DNA of 64,000 nucleotides from a plasmid: sequence record NZ_CP020429.2; one strand, 5' to 3'. Shown piece by piece: positions 56,585 to 64,000 of this stretch (position 1 is its first letter; each line of letters starts with the position of its first letter). The notes under the pieces were generated by a model. It saw only the letters and a program-made list of their open reading frames with translations, ran no database searches and was not told where the DNA came from. The position numbers and the translations under genes were made by a program.

Positions 56585-57925
56585 TTATACCATATCCTGT
56601 TTATTATACGTTTTGAACTTAATCTTTTCTTCTGGGGAAGCTTTCAAAAGGAAATCATCAATTCCCTTTTCGTGAGGCCAGATTAGAGCACGAACCGTAC
56701 AAGACTGCTTCGTAACTAGATCTTGAACCATGTCATACATACGTTCAAATACCGAGTCATTATCCTCAAAGTCTTGGTCAAATGCTAGATAAATAGGTTT
56801 GACCTTTTTGAGTTCAGTCTTTCCGATAAAGTCCGATATAGGACGCCATGCTGCTACTCCTGCCATAGAGATAACACAGATATTCCCCAATTGAGAAAGA
56901 CGAGTGTTTTTCGCAACTGATGCAGTGATATCTCCTTTAAGCAAACCTTCCGTAACTAGAAGGTTATCAACCTTACTCATAAGATTGACTTTCGCCTTAC
57001 CTTCTTCAGAAAAGCGTGCTTGTTCTAAAATGTCATCAGAATAAGCAAAATGGGGAAAAGACTTAGCACTTGTTCCTTCTGGCTTATATGCTGACGAAAC
57101 AAAGACATACTTTTGCCCTTTTTTAAATGTCAACTCAAGTCCAGAACGAAGTTTAACACTAGTTTTCTTAGTTGTCCCACTTGCTAGTTCTTGTGATGAA
57201 CCTTTAGCAAACACATACCAATCGAAACTTCCGTCGTCATTTTGGAAGACCTTAGCAGTACGTGCATTTCGTCCCTCTTGAAAGGCTTCGTTTACTTTGG
57301 CTTGATAACTAACGTTATCAAGACGTACTTGAAAACCTACAATTTGTCCCCAAGAATTGCGACATGGAATTAGAATTCCATCTTTTGATTCAAAAATAGG
57401 ACATTTTGCGTTTTCGTTCCAATAGAAACCAGGAACTCCACGCCAAGCATCTTTAGGAAGCCCATTTGCAACAAAGAGCTTTTCCCAAATAGTTGCTGGG
57501 TGAGATACTGTTGTATCAACCTGCTTCTGACGTGTTTGCTTTGTTGATGAAGCATAGCCACGCAGTGCAATAGTCTCAACAGAAAGACCTCGTTCTGCAC
57601 TTGTTAAGTGCTTGACATGGTCCTTAGTCAATCCCAACACTTCAATCACAAGAGAATTTACCTTGTGAAGTGTTGAGATACTTGCCAAAGGCTGACTTTT
57701 CCAACTAGGTTCAAACGTCACGTCTTTAGCTTTTTGGGGATCCAAATCATAAATTGTCCCAGCACTACCAAATTGTGGTTTGTCTGGGTCAATCTTTCTA
57801 GCACAGACTGCTTTAGATTGATCTGCAAAAACCAGACACCAATCTGGTTTGCCACAAATAGGGCAAGGGTAATCACGTCCTACCCGAATCATCTCGGTTT
57901 GTCCAATCGTAATAATTTTTGTCAT
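56585..57925 (-). CDS. zinc-finger / TOPRIM-domain primase-like protein (mobile-element replication or transfer)
   Basis: CPICGKPDWC...CARK zinc-binding motif; TOPRIM residues LLVTEGLLKGD and YLAFDQDFEDND. Confidence 0.7.
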   Translation of the reverse strand: MTKIITIGQTEMIRVGRDYPCPICGKPDWCLVFADQSKAVCARKIDPDKPQFGSAGTIYDLDPQKAKDVTFEPSWKSQPLASISTLHKVNSLVIEVLGLTKDHVKHLTSAERGLSVETIALRGYASSTKQTRQKQVDTTVSHPATIWEKLFVANGLPKDAWRGVPGFYWNENAKCPIFESKDGILIPCRNSWGQIVGFQVRLDNVSYQAKVNEAFQEGRNARTAKVFQNDDGSFDWYVFAKGSSQELASGTTKKTSVKLRSGLELTFKKGQKYVFVSSAYKPEGTSAKSFPHFAYSDDILEQARFSEEGKAKVNLMSKVDNLLVTEGLLKGDITASVAKNTRLSQLGNICVISMAGVAAWRPISDFIGKTELKKVKPIYLAFDQDFEDNDSVFERMYDMVQDLVTKQSCTVRALIWPHEKGIDDFLLKASPEEKIKFKTYNKQDMV

Positions 57926-58430
57926 TGTTTTCTCCTTTTAAAAAGTTGTTGTAAAGTTACCTTGGAAAGCCCCAAACACCTGTTCGTAGCCCCTCCTCCG
58001 TATGCCGACAAGTTAGAGTTGGGAACACCTGTTCCTCGTCTCTAATCATCGAGATGTCGCCTTCCTTTTTTGTCCAACTACCCAAACTCAAAACAAAAAA
58101 GCATAACAAAGAAGCCGGCAAGCCTTGTCTCAAAAAACAAGGTTGCGCGTGCCTATGGAAAACCATAGGAAACTTCTCGTTATGCTTTTATCTGCTAATA
58201 ACGTTTGTTGTAGCCTTTCAAAAAATTAAAGGCAAATTATCTCGTACCTGTTGTAAGCGTCAAGCCCCTTCTTCTGTCTGATGGCTTAACTGATAGCTAA
58301 AAGCGAGTACGCTCCCTTTTAACCCAATCAAACATGGGATACCTATTGCTGGGACAGAACCAGAAATAGCATCTCCTCCTCCATGCTTCTCTTTTCTTTA
58401 GTCACGTGACCAAAGGTTCACCGTTTGAGG
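57926..58430 (-). other. GC-rich (about 48%) roughly 500-nt non-coding leader upstream of the primase gene; candidate structured RNA or ssDNA initiation/transfer site
   Basis: No ORF of 60 aa or more in frame-consistent coding; GC well above the roughly 35% background; repeated ACGAACAGGTGTT motifs; perfect GGAACAGGTGTTCC palindrome. Confidence 0.35.
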
Positions 58431-58439
58431 TGGTGGAAA

Positions 58440-59715
58440 AAATATAAATTAAACAATTTATGTCTTTAGTATAGCAAAGAGCAACTAACATTACAAGTTT
58501 ATCGTTATTCGAATTATACCATATATACTACTCTTCATTGTATTATATACTATACATAGTCTATAGTTTACAACACATTATGTATAGTCCACCAATAGTA
58601 ATAAGCGAAGAATCAGTCGTCATGAAAAAAGAAATACAAGATACATTGATAAACTATGTATCTTGTATCATAAATAATCTAGAACACTCTTTATACTAAT
58701 TTTAAATATAACTTATTAACCAATAAGAATATAATCATATATAGTTCTTTAATGTATCGTTCAATATGCATCGTATATTATCTACTATATACGATAAATA
58801 AAGAAACTACACATTATTCACATTACATAATGTATTAGGTATCGTCTTGTGATAGAACTGTTCTTATTTATTATATTAAATGAATGAATAAAGAATATAC
58901 GATATAATACCTAGCAGTACATTACTTAACGATATATCTTACATCGTCTATAGCATACTACAAAGTTTTTCTTTGCACTACGCTATATATAGTGAGGTTA
59001 TGTATAGTGTAGTGTGTAATATTTTGTAGAAAGTCAAATATAGTGATATACACTATATATCGATACATTATGTATATTATATATGGAATAAATACATCGT
59101 CCAGAGTACATTCTTATGTTTTATATAGTATATAATGTATCGTGTATGGTGATGTGCGTTAATTTTCTTTATTTCCAGAAGTATTTTATAAAAGATATAC
59201 GATATAATGCTTTGCATTACAATGTTTGTTCATATACTATACATCGTCTATAATATACGATAAAAAATTTGCAATTTGTTTTGTTAGTCATTTATATATA
59301 GTAATGCTATGTATAGTGTAGTGTGCAAATTGTATTATGTTTAAGTTAGAACTCGAGCATAATACTATACACTATATATCAATACAGTATGTATTATATA
59401 TCTTTGTAAGATGCATCGTCTATTATATATTATTTTTTTTATATAATATATAGTGTATCGGGTATAACTCTTGTTGTTGTTTGATAGTTGTAATATGTTT
59501 TGTTTTTGAATAGTATATAGTGAACGATACACTATGTATTAGCTAATGCGTGATAACCTTGTTAGGCTATATTTTTTATATACTATACATAGTGTATCAT
59601 GTATTGTTTACGATATATCTTACACAGTACTTGCTATTAGATTTCTATATGGTATACTTTAAGTAGTTAATAATATGTATCGCATTGTTATACATAGTGT
59701 ATCGTACATATCGGA
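58440..59715. repeat. 1.3-kb AT-rich ORF-free repeat array (probable partition centromere or ori-associated binding sites), including a roughly 300-bp tandem duplication
   Basis: Units starting AAAGA(A)TATACGATATAAT at about 58888 and 59191; the ACATAGTGTATCGT / TATGTATAGTGTAGTGTG motifs recur more than 8 times. Confidence 0.6.
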
Positions 59716-59730
59716 TTGAAAGGAGTAGAT

Positions 59731-60561
59731 ATGGTTGCAAATACAATCGTAGTGATGGATGAAAAAGGAGGAGCAGCCAAAACGACATTAAGTTTATTAT
59801 TGGCTCAAGCTCTAGGAAATGCTGGCTATAAAACGTGTGCAGGTGATCTAGATGGTCAGTGCAATCTAACTACGGCAGCAGGAGTGAACGAAGACGAACA
59901 AGAAGGGATTTATTCTGTACTAAAAAAAGAAGTAGAAGTAGCTGATGCCATTGTGCCAGTTGACGGATATGATCTGCTTCCAGGTAGTAAGCTCATGAAG
60001 AACTGGGAGAGTGAAGCTTCAGGACTAAAAGATAGGGATTTTCGTTTAAGGAACGTAGTTCAAGATATCAATGATTACTACGATTTTGTACTCTTTGATA
60101 CACCTCCGTTCTTTGGTGTTTCTACAACAAGTACCCTTTTTACAAATTCGAAAGTTTATGTTCTTATTCCTACTACACCTGATAAGTTTGGTATTGAAGG
60201 TGTAAAAGATACAATCGAAGATATTGAAGCTGTTCAAGAAGGATTTTCTTTCTTTGGAATTGATATTGTTATTGCTGGAATCGTTATCACTCAGGTTGAT
60301 AAAGGGCCCGGCTTTAGTAAAAAATCAATTAAACAAGTCAAAGCAAGAGAAGCAGTAACAACTCTTGAGAAAATTGCGGAAGAACATAATACTAAAGTTT
60401 TTGAGCAATACTTATTTAATAATAAACAATACAAAGATATGATTGCTAATCAAGCAAATGTTTTTACAAATAGTGGCTATAGCATCCCTCAAAAACAAAT
60501 CACAAATGTGATGAATGAACTAATTAAGACGATTGGAGAACACAATGGCGAAAAAGCTTAA
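59731..60561 (+). CDS. parA: ParA/Soj-family partition ATPase
   Basis: Deviant Walker A VMDEKGGAAKTT; ATG at 59731 with AAAGGAG 5 nt upstream (the track's TTG at 59716 is unlikely). Confidence 0.9.
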   Translation: MVANTIVVMDEKGGAAKTTLSLLLAQALGNAGYKTCAGDLDGQCNLTTAAGVNEDEQEGIYSVLKKEVEVADAIVPVDGYDLLPGSKLMKNWESEASGLKDRDFRLRNVVQDINDYYDFVLFDTPPFFGVSTTSTLFTNSKVYVLIPTTPDKFGIEGVKDTIEDIEAVQEGFSFFGIDIVIAGIVITQVDKGPGFSKKSIKQVKAREAVTTLEKIAEEHNTKVFEQYLFNNKQYKDMIANQANVFTNSGYSIPQKQITNVMNELIKTIGEHNGEKA

Positions 60562-61069
60562 TACTATCCAACAAAGAAATTATAATAACCTTTTAACAGC
60601 TGTTGAATCAAATGATCGCAAAACAGCTAAAGAAGTATTTGACCGTTTTTTTAAAGGGAAAGAGATTGAAGAAGTAGTAATTGATAAACTTAAGGAGAAG
60701 CATGATATTACCTATCTAACTGAAGCAAGTGTAGAACCCAAAAAAGCTGCTGTTTCTCCTAAAAAAGCAAACATTGTTACTCAGAAAAAAGAAAAAAACA
60801 AAATTCCTACTAAACTTGAACCAGCAAAAACTCCTGAAGAAAAGGTGCGTTCAAATCTAAACATGACACAATTATCTATGTCTCGTTTTAGTGCATTAAG
60901 AGCTGTTTTAAATAAAAGAGACCTCAAAGGAGAAAATGGCAATTATCCTAAACGTGGGGGATCTGATAAGCTATTCACTGAAATGTTAGATCAGATGTAC
61001 CAACTTCTAGATGAAGAACAAAAGGAATTGTTTAATACATTGGTAGAAACTGAGATGAGTTTTAAGTAA
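60545..61069 (+). CDS. small ParB-like partner/centromere-binding protein (type Ib par locus, inferred)
   Basis: Overlaps the parA stop; ATG at 60545 after GGAG; 174 aa; K-rich middle; no motif. Confidence 0.45.
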   Translation: MAKKLNTIQQRNYNNLLTAVESNDRKTAKEVFDRFFKGKEIEEVVIDKLKEKHDITYLTEASVEPKKAAVSPKKANIVTQKKEKNKIPTKLEPAKTPEEKVRSNLNMTQLSMSRFSALRAVLNKRDLKGENGNYPKRGGSDKLFTEMLDQMYQLLDEEQKELFNTLVETEMSFK

Positions 61070-61369
61070 TCTAGTTTAACATGTAGTTATCATACAAAAA
61101 TGTAGGTAACTCGTATTGAAATCATTTTTTGCATACAAAAGTGTAGGTAATTACTACACTTTTTGTGTTGTTGTAATTTAGCATATAGTTGAGAGAGAAA
61201 ATAGTGATGTTATAAAGCTTAGTATTATTAATTTTGTTTTAGTAATAATAGTTTAAATAGTATTAAGTAGTATTAAGTGGTTAATTATAGTAACTAAGTA
61301 GTTAATTATAGTTTAAGTAGTAGAACTCCTGGAACCCTTGCTATTACTGAGCTAAGCTTACCTTTATCC

Positions 61370-61600
61370 TATAAAACTGTATGTATATCCTACAAATTGG
61401 TAGGTATATCATATAATTTTGCATGAACGTCACACAAACTTGTATGTTAAGTCTACAAAAATGTATGTATGTCATATAAAATTGTAGGTGTATCCTACAA
61501 ATCGGTATGTATGTCCTATAAAGTTGCATGTTAAGTTTACAAAAATGTATGTATGTCATATAAAATTGTATGTATATCCTACAAAAGGGTTGTAAATTTT
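61370..61600. repeat. iteron array upstream of the rep gene (roughly 22-bp units ATGTATGTCATATAAAATTGTA / TATCCTACAAA)
   Basis: At least five imperfect direct repeats at roughly 22-44-bp spacing; a further short repeat block at 61255-61320. Confidence 0.6.
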
Positions 61601-61778
61601 AAAAAATACTATGAAAATCAGAATATTAGTGATATAATGTCATACAAAAGGGTTGTAAATTAATATATTTATACCCTGTCACATATTGCAGTGAGTAATT
61701 AGCTTGTAGTAAAATAATTACTTTTATTTAAAATACGACCAAAATGTATGATGAATGAACTAAGAGAGGTAGAAGCAT

Positions 61779-63242
61779 TTGGTAGAGAATAGAGAGTTCA
61801 GAGAAATCATCAAATATGATAATAAGTTCACCCAAATGTTTCAGCTGGGAGACCTTTCACCTCTTCAAGAAAATATGATTTACTCTATATTTGGTGAGTT
61901 GCGAGATGTTTATGATGAAAACGAAGCAGCAATATTTTCTTATTCGAGTCTGGCAATGCTAGCAGGAAATACATTTTACAGTTCTAGGGAACAAAAAATA
62001 GTTCCTAGGACTGGTAAGCGATTTGAAACTACAGTTGAGGAACTAGAGGAAAGAATGACTAAAATTGTATATCGACATCCCGAAAAGGTTGTCGATGGTA
62101 AGGTTGTCTCTTACACCTCCATCCCACTGTTCAAGACCTTTAGAGTAGACCACGAAAATAAACTCATTAAAATCCACCTGTCTGATGCGGAATATACTGA
62201 ATATGATGAAGTAACTACAGAAGATGGAACAAAAGTAAAAGTAGCGGTCAGGCGTACAGTTAAAGACCTTTTTAACAACCCAGAGTGGGGTAAAAAAGCT
62301 AAGTACATTCAGTATGGACGTGACTACCATAACCTATTGAAGAGTAAGTACTCTAAACGATTATTTAGACATCTAGCAGACTGGCGTAAAACAGGTTTTG
62401 TAAAAGATACAGCTGAAGAACTAGAGCAAGAAGTTTTGATCTTGGATAGTCCAAGTTTACTTCGTTCGAAAGGTACTAAGCTGCAGCAAGCAATGGATGA
62501 AATCAATACGCTATTGGTTGATGAGCATGGACTTCCTGTTATTCAAGATTTGACAGTAGAGCGAATCAAAAAAGGAAAATCAATTACCCACTACATATTT
62601 AGGTTTAAACCGTTCGATGACGATTTGAGACGTATTGTTGCAACAAACGATAAAGTCATTACCTTTGAGAAGAAGAAGGAGTTAGACTTCAAACGTAAGA
62701 TGGCTATCGTGATGGAGAAATTCTACACTGTTTTTCCTAAAGGGAGCAAGGCTGACAACTACAATAATAAAAATCAACTCAAACGTTGGCTTGAAACAAT
62801 GGACCATGAACTAGTTATTGAGGCGTTGGAAAGAACAGGAAGTGATGCAAACCGTACTTTCGGTTGGACAAGAACGTTGCTCAATAAATGGGAAGTAGCA
62901 GGGTACACAAAACTTTCAGATTTGAGAGATAGTCATCCAACTAATAAGGATAATCGTCCTTCAAATGTTCCAGACTGGTCTGAGCCAAACTATGAAAATG
63001 GAACGGATGACAAAGACCGTTTAGGACTAGTAGTAGTAGCAGTTAAATCAGCAATTAAAATAGAACTCTCAAAGACGCCTGACGAAGATAATAAGGCGGA
63101 TATTAAACATTTAGCAGAGAAACTGTTGCAAGAGAAGCTGTGGGAACTTAAAGATAAAGGTTTAGAATCACTGTCTGATAGTCATTTTGAAGAGACAAGA
63201 GAACAACTTTTGACTGAGATACTTGATTATTTTAAAGTATAA
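61779..63242 (+). CDS. repB: Rep_3 (RepB-like) theta-replication initiator
   Basis: N-terminal region FTQMFQLGDLSPLQENMIYSIFGEL fits the Rep_3 N-terminal motif; preceded by iterons; TTG start uncertain (alternative Met 19). Confidence 0.65.
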   Translation: MVENREFREIIKYDNKFTQMFQLGDLSPLQENMIYSIFGELRDVYDENEAAIFSYSSLAMLAGNTFYSSREQKIVPRTGKRFETTVEELEERMTKIVYRHPEKVVDGKVVSYTSIPLFKTFRVDHENKLIKIHLSDAEYTEYDEVTTEDGTKVKVAVRRTVKDLFNNPEWGKKAKYIQYGRDYHNLLKSKYSKRLFRHLADWRKTGFVKDTAEELEQEVLILDSPSLLRSKGTKLQQAMDEINTLLVDEHGLPVIQDLTVERIKKGKSITHYIFRFKPFDDDLRRIVATNDKVITFEKKKELDFKRKMAIVMEKFYTVFPKGSKADNYNNKNQLKRWLETMDHELVIEALERTGSDANRTFGWTRTLLNKWEVAGYTKLSDLRDSHPTNKDNRPSNVPDWSEPNYENGTDDKDRLGLVVVAVKSAIKIELSKTPDEDNKADIKHLAEKLLQEKLWELKDKGLESLSDSHFEETREQLLTEILDYFKV

Positions 63243-63430
63243 CTTCAGATATATTTTTGTAGATAGATTATATATATAATAGCGATACACGATGTATCGC
63301 TATTTTGTTTTAGAAAATTTTTTACTAGTTAAATCTAAAATTAACATGCAATCTTGTATGATATAATAGGTATAAAATATAATTGGTAAACCTGTAGTTA
63401 ATTGCTATCATTATTGAGAGGAGGAGAATT

Positions 63431-64000
63431 ATGTCAAAACAGAAAGATAAATATCTAGCACTTAGAAGGCAATTACCAGATATTATAGATGAGTATATAT
63501 CTTACCTTCAAGTAAATATCGAAGAACCTTCTCCCAAAATGGTTGAACGTTTGTCAGTGATCCAGAAATTTTTAAATAGCTATGCAATTACGATTGATAA
63601 AGAGGCTGTTTCCCTATCATTGACAGACTTAGAAAAATTACCACGAGAATTTGTTCAAAATTATTTAGCAAATTTACGTCTGAAACCAGCAGGAAAAAGA
63701 TTTATTCTCTATACTTTAGCAGCATTTTGGAATTATCTTACGAATACCTCCTTTACAATTGAGAGAGGAATGCCGTTATTTTATCGTAACGTGTTTAATG
63801 AATGGAAGATAGTTTACAAAGAGAGTTACCACAACATAATATATTCCGAATCAAAGAAGAAGACTATTTTGTATACGCAGGAAGAGCTAGAAAGCTTACT
63901 TGATTTCATGGCAAACAGTTACGTTACAACTCTACCAACTCAGAAAAAGGCTGATAATTGGGAAAAGGAGAAAGAGCGAAATATTGCTATATTTGCGATC
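63431..64000 (+). CDS. tyrosine site-specific integrase (N-terminal part; continues beyond the window)
   Basis: GAGGAGGAG SD; N-terminal SAM-like domain; ends ...EKERNIAIFAI, approaching the conserved R-containing box I. Confidence 0.65.
   Translation, partial: MSKQKDKYLALRRQLPDIIDEYISYLQVNIEEPSPKMVERLSVIQKFLNSYAITIDKEAVSLSLTDLEKLPREFVQNYLANLRLKPAGKRFILYTLAAFWNYLTNTSFTIERGMPLFYRNVFNEWKIVYKESYHNIIYSESKKKTILYTQEELESLLDFMANSYVTTLPTQKKADNWEKEKERNIAIFAI

Noticed and set aside
57734-58281. Short ORFs in the GC-rich region (57734-58045 plus, 57957-58166 minus, 58054-58281 plus)
   Set aside because: Mutually overlapping frames without SDs; the region is better explained as non-coding/structured (see finding).
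61344-61559. 71-aa minus-strand ORF
   Set aside because: It is the translation of the iteron array (repetitive YIHFC peptides), not a gene.
1-64000. tRNA or rRNA genes (for example as an integrase attachment site near 39.9 kb or 63.3 kb)
   Set aside because: I found no cloverleaf-compatible sequence with a GTTCGA/TTC T-loop. The GGGGTCGGCGTATGCTGATCCACC stretch at 39913 does not fold as a tRNA.

Overview
This 64-kb window looks like a low-GC Gram-positive (Streptococcus-like) accessory chromosome region. That call rests on an XerS-type recombinase, YSIRK/LPXTG surface proteins, an antigen I/II-family adhesin and a ComGA homologue. I found no rRNA, tRNA or CRISPR array. Left third (1-20 kb): small hypothetical genes; three LPXTG surface proteins (4808-6187, 6206-8743, 17662-19827); a BceAB-like ABC transporter with a NarL-type two-component system (10513-15347); and a umuC/yolD-like translesion-polymerase operon with an upstream palindromic operator. 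xerS (20050-21123, minus strand) suggests the replication-terminus region. Between xerS and about 40 kb lies an island with no integrase. It carries a 1227-aa cytoplasmic protein of about 19 tandem 41-aa repeats with a DUF2971-like C-terminus, and a divergent cI-like/cro-like switch driving a four-gene operon of unknowns. It also carries a small-molecule SAM methyltransferase, a candidate Fst-like type I toxin-antitoxin locus, and a 2053-aa YSIRK/LPXTG adhesin with near-identical 672-bp tandem repeats. It ends with a truncated second copy of the cI-like repressor 3' half. From about 40 kb to the window end is a plasmid-like integrated element. It has a RepB (Rep_3)-like initiator with iterons, ParA plus a small partner downstream of a 1.3-kb AT-rich repeat array, and a zinc-finger/TOPRIM primase. 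It also has a RelA/SpoT-domain small alarmone synthetase-like gene, a HExxH protein, an XRE regulator, an orphan ComGA-like ATPase and a split HipA-like kinase pair. It further carries a giant N6-methyltransferase-SNF2 helicase gene broken by a homopolymer frameshift, and a TIR-like/P-loop NTPase (STAND-like) gene flanked by a 24-bp direct repeat. A partial tyrosine integrase sits at the window edge. The most interesting candidates are the TIR-NTPase cassette, the cI/cro-controlled unknown operon, the repeat/DUF2971 protein next to xerS, the alarmone-synthetase and HipA-like modules, and a possible dif-flanked (IMEX-like) organisation. All functional calls are from motif reading only; none was checked against a database.
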